Assembly: GCA_951406725.2 (NCBI GenBank)
Contig: OX597831.1
Span: 61,318,001-61,382,000, forward strand
Length of the DNA stretch: 64,000 bases
From: Octopus vulgaris
Taxonomy: Eukaryota
Reading direction: 5' to 3'
The notes beneath the pieces are model-generated. The model saw nothing but the letters and a program-made list of their open reading frames with translations, searched no databases and had not been told where the DNA came from. The position numbers were made by a program, and so were the translations under genes. This document shows positions 26,746 through 39,875 of this stretch, in pieces (position 1 is the stretch's first letter; each line of letters opens with the position of its first letter).

Positions 26746-27425
26746 ATGTATATATATATATATATAATTATATCATCATCATCATCATCATATATGTATA
26801 TATATATATGTGTGTGTGTGTATATATATATATACATATATATACATATATGGGTACAGGACATCACCAACAGTAAAGAACATGAAATACGAAGAAAATT
26901 GAGATAAATACACAAATAATGAGAGAGAAAAATGACAAGTAATACAAAGAATGACCCCTCATCAGTTGTCATCTGTCTATCTACTCCCCATTTCGAGGAA
27001 TCAATGACAGTATGAGTCTTTGAAGACAGTTGCTCCCACAAATACCAAAATATAATTTCAGATTTACGGAGGGTCAAAGTTGGGAACAAAAACATGACAG
27101 TAGAGACATACAAGGAAACCGAACGAAAACAAGCATGAGGTTTGTTAGACATGAATGAGGGGAAAATAGTGAATGCCGAGAGAAACATTTTCTTTGTAGA
27201 GAGAAAAGATAGAAGAGAGAGATAGGAGACATCCAGTCCTTGGGGGTGCGGGGCGTACATAACAGGCTTCTTTCATTTTCTGTCTTCCAAGTCCACTCCC
27301 ATGGTTTTGATCAGCCTGGTGCTATAGTTGAAGACACTTGCTTAACGTGCCATGAAGTAGAATTGAACCTGGAACCACATAGCTAGGAAGCAAACTTCTT
27401 ATTACACATCCATGTCTGCACTTGT
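26405..27425 (-). mobile_element. SINE family A split at its internal microsatellite by an insertion
   Basis: 3' half at 26405-26575, 5' half at 27262-27425. Confidence 0.7.
26850..27261 (-). mobile_element. Short PLE-like element carrying rearranged hammerhead boxes
   Basis: Non-microsatellite insert inside SINE A with its end on (TA)n; contains CTGATGA (26965-26959) and GAAA (26994-26991) on the minus strand. Confidence 0.45.
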
Positions 27426-28334
27426 ATGGTTAAGAATTTGTTGTGTAAAAGACTAAAATACTAAGTTATATTTCCTTCCATTACCAGTTCAAACCAAACC
27501 AGAGCATCATAATCCTTACCGTCATTAAACGTCCATTTTTGGTGCTGGCTGAGGTTGGATGGTTTAACAGGATCTGTAAAGCTGTATCAGGCACCAATGC
27601 CAAAGCTGACAGTGAACCTGAAGCAATCTCTTCGTCTCTTTACTCTGGAATTCAAAATTAGTAGCAGTTACATTCCTGAAGTTAATTCAATAGACATCAT
27701 TAGTTTTGTTGTATAAATAATTCTGACAGTATAAGTACTTTAGAAAGTATGAATATAACGTAGACTGTTATAGTAGTATATAACATGTAACATGCAGAGG
27801 AAATAATTTAATTAATGTGGTCTGGCTCTAAGTGTCTGAGTTAGGTTCAAATGTTTAAACTCATTTTAGCCAGAAGCAAAACAATAAATCTCAGTTTAAT
27901 AGAGGAAACTTAGAAAGAAAATTTTTTTTGTGCATTATATTTCATATGTGCTGTTTAGCTCCACAATCAAACCTGGTTGATTCTACATCGGCTGGATCAA
28001 GTTTAACTTGGTGTTAAACAACCACAACAAGACTAAGTCGAATAAAGTTTACAGACAAGAAATAATAAACAACAATTACAGTTTCTGAAGTGTTTCAAGT
28101 TAAAGTCTTTTGCCATATCCAAACTTTCAGAATTTCGCTTCTCTATCATTCCAAACTTACTTTTTTCTTTGTGTTGGTGGTTTATCACCAATTGTCATAC
28201 ATTTGACTGGTGCTAAGAGTTTCATCATTAGATACTAATTTCCATCTGAGACTCCACATGATAACTGGACCAAATGAGAGATCGAAGACCATTTAAGAAG
28301 CTTCTATATAGTTTCTCAGTGTTCTAGAAATCAT

Positions 28335-28560
28335 CACCATCATCATCATCGTTTAAGTGCTTCACCACTTGATCCCAGGTCTTCCTGGGTGTAACTCTTC
28401 CACAGGTTCCCTCAACCACTAGGGTGTGGCACTTTTTCACACAGCCATCCTCCTTCATTTTCGCCACATGACCATACCAGCGCAGTCGTCTCTCTTGCAC
28501 ACCACATTTGATGCTTCTTAGGTCCAACATTTCTCTCAAGGTACCTACACTCCGTCGAGT
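28335..28560 (-). mobile_element. RTE LINE C-terminal fragment
   Basis: VQERRLRWYGHVAKMKEDGCVKKCHTLVVEGTCGRVTPRKTWDQVVKH. Confidence 0.85.
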
Positions 28561-29002
28561 ATTAGCCAAATCTCCCTGAAGCCACATTATCATTTTATAA
28601 GAATGAAGTACAGATAACTTAGCAGAAGAACAAATAGATAGTGATAAAATTAAATATGAAACTAAGTACTTGAGTTGATATGTAATCCCTTGAGAAAAAG
28701 GCTCCAACATGGTCATAGTAAAATGACCAAAACCAGAAGATTAAAATATTTTTATAATATATTTCTTGATATAGTCAGAAAAGAATATAATGGTTGTGGT
28801 TGAATCCCTTTTAATCAGAAGTTTACTTAATTATTAGTGACCAGGGCCAAAGCAACAACAGGGGATACCACATATTTGTAAAGCCCTTGTAGCATAATTA
28901 TTTTCCCCTCACTTTCCTCATCTGAAAGGATCAACAAATAACGGACAATCTCTCTCTATGACAACTGGCAGGGAATTTTTTTTTCCTTTCTTTCAATCAT
29001 AT

Positions 29003-29418
29003 ACTTTTACTCTTTTACATGTTTCAGTCATTTGACTGTGGCCATGCTGGAGCACCACCTTTAGTCAACCAAATCGACCCCAGGACTTATTCTTTGTAAG
29101 CCTAGTACTTATTCTATCGGTCTCTTTTGCTGAACCGCTGAGTTACAGCGACGTAAACACACGAGCATCGGTTGTCAAGCGATGTTGGGGCGACAAACAC
29201 AGACACACAAACATATACACACATACATACATATATAAATATATACATATATACGACAGGCTTCTTTCAGTTTCCGTTTACCAAATCCACTCACAAGGCT
29301 TTGGTCGACCTAAGGCAATAGTAGAAGACACTTGCCCAAGGTGCCATGGAGTGGGACTGAACTGGAACCATGTGGTTGATAAACAAGCTAATTACCACAC
29401 GGCCACTCCTACGCCTAT
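29003..29418 (-). mobile_element. SINE family A
   Basis: Full-length copy. Confidence 0.9.
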
Positions 29419-30157
29419 GCTTAATTCATATGCTTAATTCATGTTCATAAGCCATACACAGAGCCCCTATTCTTCAGAAACATACATGGATGAAATTGTT
29501 TACACTGTTTCTACTATTCATTCTTCTAACCCCAGTTACATTCAGCACCTGAATTCTAGTTTAAGGTATCTTGGTGATCACTAGATATGCTTCATAACTG
29601 CCAAATCTCCCTCAAATTAGACTCACCTTTAAAATACAAGAATAGATACAACAGGTAGTGTAATCTGATATAAACCATAACTATAAAGGCGTGATGGTCA
29701 TAGCTGGACTGCTTTTTGGAGTTAATTAACGAAGCGGTCAAAGGGAATTTTTAGGGCATCAGATGTGATTCATTGCAGTATCTGTCCTCGCTCTCTGTTC
29801 TGAATTATAGCCAGTATTGATCACTCAGCTATGGAAGAACCCTTCCAATTAGTAGCTGACTAGTCTGAACAAGTAGGTCTCAAAACAGCACCGGTCAAGC
29901 TGACAATGACTTGATGTGGTTTCATCCAGCATTGAATCAAGATCAGCTGAGTGGAATAGACATTGTGTATGTTAGCTCATACATTTTTCCCATTAAATCC
30001 AGCAACTTGAAAATTAACTAGCATATGAGCTTCTGCTATTACTCTACTTGTTAAATATATTAAATAAATTGCACTCATATCAAATGCTAACATTCTAATT
30101 GGGGAAAGATCACATTGTGTGATCATGGTTGATATGCCTTTTGATATTGTTCTCTCA

Positions 30158-30396
30158 AAAGGCGGTGAGATGGCAGAAACGTTGGCACGCTGGGTGAAAT
30201 GCTTTGCGGTATTTCGTCTGCCGCTACATTCTGAGTTCAAATTCCGCCAAGGTCAACTTTGCCTTTCATCCTTTCGGGGTCGATTAAATAAGTACCAGTT
30301 ATGTACTGGCGTCGATATAATTGACTTAATCTGTTTGTCTGTCCTTGTTTGTCCTCTCTGTGTTTAGCCCCTTGTGGGTAGTAAAGAAATAGGTAT
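30158..30396 (+). mobile_element. SINE family C (Nin-domain-like centre) with a 13-bp TSD
   Basis: TSD TATTGTTCTCTCA at 30145-30157 and 30394-30406; central GCCTTTCATCCTTTCGGGGTCGAT..ATAAGTACCAG. Confidence 0.9.
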
Positions 30397-30604
30397 TGTT
30401 CTCTCAGGACTGACTTGGAGCAAAACAACAGTAGCAACAACAATAATGTTGATCAAATATTTCAAATGTGTAAGACATTAATCTATGAGGATTTCAATGA
30501 TCACAATTATGATATTGACCTAAAACATTGTAGAATTTAATTTCCTAACTCACAACAGATCTTCTATGTGATTTATTTACAAACAGCAACCAAACTTCCA
30601 CAAA

Positions 30605-31025
30605 TAGGCATAGGAGTGGCTGTGTGGTAAGTAGCTTGCTTACGAACCACATGGTTCCGGGTTCAGTCCCACTGCATGGTACCTTGGGCAAGTGTCTTCT
30701 ATTATAGAATTGAACTGACCAAATCCTTGTCAGTGGATTTGGTTGATGGAAACTGAAAGAAGCTCGTCGTATATATGTATATATGTATATATATATATAT
30801 GTGTGTGTATATGTTTGTGTGTCTCTGTTTGACGCATCCCCCCCAACATCGCGTTACAACCGATGCTGGTGCATTTACATCCCCATAACTTAGCAGTTCT
30901 GCAAAGGAAACCGAGAGAATAAGTACTAGGCTTACAAAGAATAAGTCCTGGGGTCGATTAGCTCGACTGAAGGCGGTGCTCTAGTATGGCCACAATCATA
31001 TGACTGAAACAAGTAAAAGGGTAAA
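30605..31025 (+). mobile_element. SINE family A
   Basis: Full length; TGGCTGTGTGG and GGTTCAGTCCC boxes. Confidence 0.9.
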
Positions 31026-31240
31026 TCCTAAACATTCTGTCATAAATACAGAAAACCATTCACATGCACACATATATGTTCAAGCATAAGGCCCACGATG
31101 TACTGTCATCACTCTCTCTCTTTCTCTTTCTTTATCTGTCTCTCCTTCTCTCTCTCTCTCTTTCTCTATATCTGCCTATCTCTCTTTCTCTCTCCCCCCT
31201 CTCTCTCTCAATCTCTCTCTCTTTCTCTGTTACAAGTACT

Positions 31241-31471
31241 TATTTCTTTATTACCCACAAGAGGCTAAACATAGAGGGGACAAACAAGGACAGACATAGG
31301 TATTAAGTCGATTACATCAACCCCAGTGTGTGACTGGTTCTTAATTTATCGACCCTGAAAGGCTGAAAGGCAAAGTCGACCTCGGCGGAATTTGAACTCA
31401 GAATGCAGTGGCGGACAAAATACCACAAAGCATTTCGCCCAGCATGCTAATGACTCTGCCAGCTCGCCGCC
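31241..31471 (-). mobile_element. SINE family C with a 17-bp TSD
   Basis: TSD TCTCTGTTACAAGTACT at 31224-31240 and 31472-31488. Confidence 0.9.
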
Positions 31472-31842
31472 TCTCTGTTACAAGTACTATAATGTTCCAC
31501 ATCTTCTCAGAGCTGGCTGGGCTCCTGCCATGCCCTTGCTAACTTTCTAAACTCACTCATATCTTCCCACTCTTGTTGCACCCAACACTCCCCAGCCCTG
31601 CACTGGTCACTACATCCAGTCCCTGCTTCCCAGGAACATCAGCCCCCTGTAATTCCCTTCCAGCTAATGTCTATCCTGTAAATGTTGGCTTACAGAGGCT
31701 TAAAAAAGAAACATTGATTGCATCAGTTTCCCCCATCTGTACACAATATTTGGTCCCATGAAGACCATAGCTACTGACCTTTTCTCAAGACCTAGCAAGT
31801 ACCATGAAAGAAGTCCACCATACTCCCTAAAATATGATCAGA

Positions 31843-32063
31843 CATAATTATTGTCCCCTCACTTTCCTTATCTGAAAGGATCAACAAATAACTGACAATC
31901 TCTCTCTATGACAATCGGCAGGGAATTTTTTTCCCTTTCTTTCAATCATATACTTTTACTCTTCTACTTGTTTTAGTCATTTGTCTATGGCCATGCTGGA
32001 GCACCACCTTTAGTCAACCAAATCGACCCCAGGACTTATTCTTTGTAAGCCTAGTACTTATTC
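31843..32063. repeat. Local duplicate of 28893-29114 (unique flank plus SINE A tail)
   Basis: Near-identical ~220-bp direct repeat about 2.95 kb away. Confidence 0.9.
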
Positions 32064-32649
32064 CAGTTGTCATGACTGGAACACCATCGATAACGAATTT
32101 GTTTAATAAATGCTGACGCAACAATAGCTTGCTTTCATCATTCTTCCTACTTGTATTACAACTTCCTCAGAATCTCTTCTAATGCACTTCGCCATTCAAT
32201 TGACATCTTCCTTGCAAATAACTTACTAATAAACACAAACTATTTCCAAACTTATACATCTGCTCTGCTGCTTCAATCAGTTACTGCTAGTAAGACCACC
32301 CACTTACTAAAACCATTACATACTAATGACAGAATAGCATCTATAAAGCTCACTTCCTACAGACATATCAAACTTTCCTTTAACTCTTTGTTTATATGTA
32401 CACCTTTCTCACTATGCTTCTCTCTTCCTTTCTACATACCTTTCTTTCTATACACTTCTCTCTCTGTCTTTCTCTCTCTCTCTATCTCTTTCTCTCCCTT
32501 TCTTTCTCTCTCTCGCTCTCTCAGAGAAAAAAACAACAAAACAAATACAAATATAAATTTAACTGAATGAAGAACAAATCAAATTGCTTGGAAATTTTAA
32601 CTCATTTTTCTGAAATATTATAGAACTGTGTGTGTGCTTGATATAGCAG

Positions 32650-32721
32650 AGGACATTTCTCAAGTCCTGATCAACATATTCCTGATAATTACGAACATAT
32701 GTTCGCAATTCCTCGAGTGAG
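32650..32721 (+). CDS. Candidate small coding exon (xGHFSSPDQHIPDNYEHMFAIPRV)
   Basis: NAGNAG acceptor (TAGCAG) after a TG-rich tract, open frame, donors CGA|GTGAGG (exon end 32716) or GAG|GTAACG (exon end 32721, 72 nt). Confidence 0.3.
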
Positions 32722-33420
32722 GTAACGAAGCCAGCATTTTATTTTATTTTATATTTCTTTGCAGCCATAGATCATTAGCATCATGAAAGAAAACAAGAAA
32801 TATCCCTGCAAGGAATGTTATTTTAAAATCTTAATTAAGCTTCAGTCAAGTCACTTCTATTCTCGCATCTTTCATGCTCATTAGTTTTAGCATTTAAAAT
32901 CAGCACTAATCAAGTACCGCTCACCACCTCCAGAACTACCGTTACTGCAACAACAAACACCTTGTGCAATTACATCTATCTGCTCCACCTATGTTTCAAC
33001 CATCACCGACATCTAGGATTTAAAGTCTTTAATTTAACAACACAATCTTAAATCAGAAAAGCCTGACTAATAGTCATGTTCTTGCTTTTCTGGTTTTATG
33101 AGGATTATTCTATTAGTTTAAAAAGAAATGTTGAAATGTTTTTTGTTTTTTTTTGTTGTTTTTTTTCCCATAATTAATTGCACCTGCAGGACCTCTTTTA
33201 CCACAAGAAGTACTACTAACTTTCATTAAACATGTGCATATATACACACATATCCGAGTACTAACACAGGCATGGAGTTAAAAACATGCATATAAAGTTA
33301 GTTAATCTGGTGAGTTAATGTAGGAACATGAGTCGATACATGTGTGTGTGTTTATAAATATATATATATATGTATATACACACATATATACATGCTCATC
33401 TACATACATATATATACACG

Positions 33421-33451
<31 letters not shown>

Positions 33452-33813
33452 TGAGATAGGGGTTGTGAGTGCAACCCACCATGAGATAACATGTATCCAA
33501 TATACTGCTAGAGAAGTACCCAACAAAGTAAATGTTAAGAATTGCGATGCAATTAATTCATTCACTGTATTATATGGGCAAACGTAAAATGTTTTACCAC
33601 AAATTAATAATACAAAATAAGGAAATGGAGAAATACCTCTTAATCAATAATCAACTACCAAATAATACCCAATCACATAATTTGTTGAACCACTACATTA
33701 AGGTCAAACATAATAATATAGAACAAAACAATGTACATCAATGAGTAATAAGATACAATAAGTACAGTATGTATAAGTGAATATAAATAAATACAAATAT
33801 AAATATAATCTAC

Positions 33814-33933
33814 ATCTTACAGCTGTTTCAGCCATGCAGATATGCGTGCCTCATTATGCTCATATTAGCCATGTGTGATAGGTTAATATGTAGTTATAAA
33901 TGAGACACTTACAAAAATATCCCAATCAGAGAT
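33814..33933 (-). ncRNA. Degenerate hammerhead with a long stem II region, in a PLE-like remnant (~33450-34000)
   Basis: Minus strand: ATCT-CTGATTG...~90 nt...GAAA-CAGCTG-TA-AGAT; perfect palindromic stem III ACAGCTGT and 4-bp stem I; first box damaged. Confidence 0.45.
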
Positions 33934-34135
33934 TATGAAGAACAAACTAAATTAAACATGACAATCAGAGGAGGAACACCCATATAAGAGTGGGTGCATA
34001 CCCATAATATATAATATACACATACATATGAGTGCATATACCCATACTTCTATACATATATATATATACATATACATAATAATAATATATAATAATGATA
34101 TACAGCAATATACATACATATGTTCTATATTCATA

Positions 34136-34374
34136 TGTTACGGTGGCACGTAAAAAGCACCATCCGATCGTGGTCATTGCCAACCTCATCTGGCACGTAA
34201 AAAACACCCATTACACTCACGGAGTGGTTGGCATTAGGAAGGGCATCCAGCTGTAGAAACACTGCCAGATCAGACTGGGCCTGGTGCAGCCTTCTGGCTT
34301 CCCAGACCCTAGTTGAACCGTCCAACCCATGCTAGCATGGAAAGTGGATGTTAAACGATGATGATGATGATGAT
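34136..34374 (+). mobile_element. Family B (RTE 3' UTR)
   Basis: Conserved family B sequence. Confidence 0.85.
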
Positions 34375-34444
34375 AGAATGTCATTGTAAACTACCGTAAC
34401 AAGGAAGGTTTCTTCATGTATTCTTATACATGATAATTTTTTAC

Positions 34445-34705
34445 ATCATCATCATCATTTAATGTCTGCTTTCCATGCTAGCATGGGTTCGACGATTCGA
34501 CTGAGGACTGGCAAACCAGATGGCTTCCCAGACTCCAATCTGATCTAGCAGAGTTTCTACAGCTGGATGCCCTTCCTAATGCCAACCACTCCGAGAGTGT
34601 AGTGGGTGCTTTTACGTGCCACCGGCACGAGGGCCAGTCTGGCTGTACTGGCAACAGTCACGCTCAAATGGTGCTTTTTACATGCCACCTGCACAGGAGT
34701 CAGTC
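34445..34705 (-). mobile_element. Family B (RTE 3' UTR)
   Basis: Inverted relative to 34136-34374. Confidence 0.85.
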
Positions 34706-35004
34706 ATAAATAATAATAATTTTTTACTTAAATAATTTTTTTGTTACATTAATAGGAAAGGTTTTCATGCAATACTATTAATGGAAACATTCAGATGAAA
34801 TAGTATAATATGAAATGTACAAAAAGTCTTTTTTAGAAACTCAATATTTGGGCTAATGTTTATACATCAAATACATATTCTTTTACTGGGGTCTGTCTTC
34901 TTCTTCAATCAGTCCAGGTTTTTATTAGTCAATGTAATAGTTTTAAACTATTTTATGGTATTATCTCTTACATTTATATAGTTAAGTTAAGTCAATTTTT
35001 GGGC

Positions 35005-35315
35005 TCAAAAAGCAAAAGCAAGGTCATGTAGGGGGACATGGGAGGGTGTTCATACAAAGAGTTCAGGCCATTTCTGGTCAAGAGAGACTTTGAACCGAGC
35101 AGTCGTCAGCATCTTCACTATCTTGTCTGGCAGCTTATTCCACAGATCCGCAACCCGGATGGAGAAAGCCCCTCTCCTTCAATTGAGATGAAATCGTCGC
35201 AGATAGAGCTTTTCGGAGTGACCCCGCAGCCAACGCTCTGGAGCAGGAGTGAAGAACAGCTCTTTCGAGAGGTTACACTTTCCGCTTATGATGTTGTGAG
35301 CGAGAATGAGATATT
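35005..35315 (-). mobile_element. Second CR1-like LINE family, 3' end
   Basis: Minus strand LRGHSEKLYLRRFHLN*RRGAFSIRVADLWNKLPDKIV...FKVSLD (CR1 RGH..KL...FS.RV...WN.LP motif). Confidence 0.8.
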
Positions 35316-35822
35316 GGCCTTGATTGAGTTGAACTATGACTTTCCTATCTTAGTTAGCTGCATTGTTTACCTTGGACAACTTTATCCAGTGTAAGCTTCC
35401 ATTTTCTTAAGTCATTGGAACATTTGGCTGCTAGTTCTCCCATATCAAGTAAGCTCATAAACATTTCCTCACACTGGTTTGATCTATTTTATCATTAGGA
35501 TAACAGATGGAGAGAATAGGTTCAACAAAATACCTTCTTCCTTTTCTCTGCATTTATAGTTCAATTCTTGCCATAATCAATTTGCTTTATTATTTGAGGA
35601 TTGATATCTTTGATGCTAGTCAAAAACTGGCTGGAATTCAATGCCTTATACCCACCTCCCTTGTAAATGTGAGGTTTTATGGCGTCAAGGCAAGAACTTA
35701 TTGATATTATTAAAAGAGCCTTTTTGAGTAGCAGTATGTTTTAAAACAAAATGTTTAGTGGTTTATAAAAATTATGTAATTTTTTTGTCTTTTTGTTTGT
35801 TAGTTTGTTTTCATTTTATTAG

Positions 35823-35861
35823 AAGCAGAAGAGCAATGCTCATGGCCACATTAAGGCACCT
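35823..35861 (+). CDS. Candidate 39-nt phase-0 microexon (KQKSNAHGHIKAP)
   Basis: Long T-rich tract ending TTATTAG| with tandem AG options; weak donor |GTAACT. Confidence 0.25.
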
Positions 35862-35988
35862 GTAACTAATTAAAGGAAGAATCAAGGGCTATGTGATGTG
35901 GGTAATTTGAGCACTTTATGTTATGCCTAGTTCAAATCCTACTTTTGTATGACAAATTTGTCTGATGCTTATGGTGCCTATAATATAA

Positions 35989-36287
35989 GTGTGGAGGCAC
36001 ATGGCCTAGTGGTTAGAGCAGCAGACAGGCAATTGAAGGTTCAAATTTCAGACCGGGCAGTATGTGTGTTTATGAGCGGAAACACCTAAGCTCCATGCGG
36101 CTCCAGCAGAAGGTAATGGCGAACTTCTGCTGACTCTTTCACCACAACTTTTTCTTACTCTTTCCTCCTGCATCTGGCTGCTCACCTGAGATGGACCTGC
36201 GTCCTGTCCAGGTAGGGAACCTATATGTCAAGGAAACTGGGAAAACCGGCCCTAATGAGCCAGGCGTGGGTCAAGAAGGAACACAGA
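35989..36287 (+). mobile_element. SINE family D with a 14-bp TSD
   Basis: TSD CTATAATATAAGTG at 35978-35991 and 36288-36301; pol III boxes. Confidence 0.9.
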
Positions 36288-37417
36288 CTATAATATAAGT
36301 GCCAATCAGGAAATGATTTTGATTATTTTAACGTCTCTCCAAAATTTGTGAATGGTCAAATATTATTATTAGTATTGATTATCTTAGAAAAACCTTAGAA
36401 TTGCATTTGGTGTTTTTGCATAGTCCTGGTTGAATAGACCAAAGTACATAACCATTCCAGCTGTAACTATTCCTACATTTTCCTAAGTGCATAAACTCAA
36501 GACTACATTATGCAATGTGTCATTTTTGCTAAAATGGTAGAATATGATCGAAGCGAGATTAACAGAAACAGAAGTGGGAGGAACTAAATGTATTGCATTA
36601 TTTCTTGATTTGCATTTATGCCCTGAGACCAAATCTCACCAAAGTCATTTTTATAAAGTCAATAAAATTAAGTCATTTTCTTCCAGAGTCAATAAAATAA
36701 ATACCAGTAATATAACACAAACTCCTGTGAAATATTTCTGACTGAACCAATGTTAGAAATCAGTATTAATAATAAAAATCTGAATTTAACACTTTTTTTT
36801 TTTTATTAAACCTGTCTCTCTGAATTCGGAGTCCTGTCAATATAAAAGAATTTTTATGGCAAAATGATGAGCAGGGGAAAAATTTTAAGTGAATTTACAT
36901 CACAGTAAAATATCCATTGAGTGGTGTTTTTAGTATAAAAATATTGCCATTTCAGTGATACTGACACATAAAAATGTTGTGCCATTCCCCTCTCACCTAC
37001 CATCATATTTAATGATGAAAAATGGCTTCTTGCAGTTGTACTAACATGTAATGGGAATAAGCAGCAGCAGCTAGTGAAAGAAGAGGTCACAGCAAATAGA
37101 GAAAGCAACAATGATGTCACAGTTGTAATAGTTCTTTTATAAAGAATATTATATTACAGGCAACTGCAACTATAAAATTATAATGGAGCTTTTCTCCGAG
37201 GTTGTTGAACCAGCTAGAAATAACATCCAATTATCATTTCAATTATACCCTAGAATTTTGAAGAAAAAAAAAGCGGGGGAGAACTTATTAGAAAATGTAC
37301 TCTTTACCACAGTATACTTGATAAAGACAGGATGATCGTGATGAGACGAGTCTTTGGTCATAGATACATTAAAATAAAAGTTAATCTAAGACAAAACGTC
37401 AACAGTATTTTAGCAGT

Positions 37418-37708
37418 AAGCTGGCAGAACTGCTAGAACACCAGACAAAATGCTTAACTACATTTCATCCGTCTTTATGTTTTGAGTTCAAATTCTGCTG
37501 AAGTCGACTTTGCCTTTCATCCTTTTGAGATCTATAAAATAGCTATTTCTCTACTACCCACAAGGGGTTAAACACAGAGGGGACAAACAAGGACAGACAA
37601 ATGGATTAAGTCGATTACATCAACCCCAGTGCGTAACTGGTACTTATTTAATCGACCCTAAAAAGATGAAAGGCAAAGTCGACCTCGGCGGAATTTGAAC
37701 TCAGAATG
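37418..37708. mobile_element. Two SINE family C pieces in opposite orientation
   Basis: Plus copy ~37418-37540 abuts a minus copy ~37541-37708. Confidence 0.75.
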
Positions 37709-38764
37709 CCCAACTGACCCTACTATGCTGTGTAATCGACAAAAATCAAAAACAAACAATATGCATGCATGAAATTAAAAATACAAAATGTCGACAATTT
37801 ACCCATCACACCCAATTTGTATATATATATATATATATATATACATATGACAGGCAGTTTTCACCTATTAAATTCATTCACCAGCCAGCCCAAGACTATT
37901 GTAGTAGACATTTGCCCAAGGTTCTAGACAGTGGGGATGAACCCAGAACCATATGGTTGGGAAGCAAGCTTCTTACCACCCAGCCAAGCCTGCACCTATG
38001 TTGAAAGAAAAATTATTTTAAAAACCTTATAAATATATATTTGCTTATCATTAACATCAGCAACAGCATCATAAGCACCACCGTCACCACATCACTCATA
38101 CCACCATCGTCACCACCACCACCACCACCACCACCATCATCATCATTATGATCATCATCATAATCATTCTCCATCTGTTTCTCTATGTTTGCTTAGACCA
38201 GCAGGTCTTCTCCAGCACTGTATCCTACTATTTATTGTAGTCCTGTGTCATCTGATTCATAATTTCAGTTTCTTGAGAGTTGCTGTAACCACTACTTCTC
38301 ATACACCCTACTTCGACCTTTCCCTTTTGCAAATTTCTTCCAATTATATAAACTTGGCACTTCATTATACAGGTAACTTCTACTTGTTAATTTATATGCT
38401 AAGGTTCTGGTCTATATGTTGGAATAATTAAATAATGTGCTTGCAAATGAAGCCGTCTTATAATATGACTTGGGAAACCTATACTAAACATACAATGCCT
38501 ACTCATTCTGAAGTGACAAAGTGCCTAATAGATTAGCTATTAAGCCAAGTTAATTTAAAATTCTCTAAAGGGATCTCATTATATTTTAGGAAAGCGTCTT
38601 TTATTCTAAATTACTTTGGACCATCTAACTCTCAGGAATATGTGCAAGGGCATATACAAAAATAATCATCATTTGATATTAGGGGTAATTAAAACTTATA
38701 ATGATTTGTTTGTAAACGATTTTGATCTGTCAGCTGAAGGGTAAAGATAATTTAATAAATATAT

Positions 38765-39368
38765 AATATTATGAAATTATTGTATACATTGCTCAGGTGC
38801 ACCACAACTTGTCGGAAAGTGTGTATAAAGCATATGCAGTAATGTACAAATGTCTGGAAAGCGAACAGTGTATGAGTCAGATATATGCTTGCATGTGTAT
38901 GGGGGGGTAGAAAATCAGGTGTAGTGTTAGTGAATCTCAGGATGCATGGAAGTTTTGAAGGATGCAGTGCTCCGACAACTAACAACTGATGCCAGCAGTT
39001 TGTTCCATACTTCAGTAACTCTTAGCATGAAAAAATGTTTCTGAAAGTCATGGGAGCTGTGCTATTTTCTGACTTTGTAAACATGTCCACGGGTGTCAGA
39101 CAGGTAGAGTTTGAAAAGGTGCTCAGAGTTATTGTTAGTAAGATGGTTAATAATTTCATGGGTGTCTGCCAAGTCAGCTGCCAGACGTCGGAGTTTCAAT
39201 GTGTCCATGCCCAGGGAAGTAAGGTGTTCAGAATATGGCAAATGCCTGATGGAGGGTATTCTCTTGGTTGCCTGTCACTGAACAGTTTCCAGACGATTAA
39301 TATCCTGGGCAAGATAGGGGTTCCAGACCTGTGATGCAAATTCCAGGCGAGGCTGCACCATAGCTATA
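38765..39368 (-). mobile_element. CR1-like LINE 3' end (same family as 9831-10452)
   Basis: VQPRLEFASQVWNPYLAQDINRLETVQ and the shared 3' end. Confidence 0.85.
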
Positions 39369-39561
39369 TCTGACAGCAGAGCAGTTAAGTCTTGTATTTG
39401 GCTGCATGTTGCATCTAATAGGAAATGCAAAGCAACTACCCAATTCTCCAAACACCTTCTGTGTTGTGTGCCAACTTTCATCAAGAATTTCATTAGCGAC
39501 AGTGGTTTAATGGCTAATATTTTCTTTCTGTATCAAATACTATTTCATTATTATTATTATT

Positions 39562-39875
39562 TTAAAAAGCACCATCTGAATGTGGCCAATGCCAGCGCCA
39601 CCTCGACTGGCTTCCGTGCTGGTAACACGTAAAAACCACCAATCCAATCATGGCCATTGCCAGCCTCCCCTCGCACCTGTGGCGGTGGCACGTAAAAAGC
39701 ACCCACTATACTCACGGAGTGGTTGGCGTTAGGAAGGGCATCCAGCTGTAGAAACACTGCCAGATCAGACTGGAGCCTGGTGCAGCCTTCTGGCTTCCCA
39801 GATCCCTGTCGAACCGTCCAACCCATGCTAGCATGGAAAACGGACGTTAAACGATGATGATGATGATGATGATGA
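39562..39875 (+). mobile_element. Family B (RTE 3' UTR)
   Basis: Conserved family B sequence. Confidence 0.85.
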
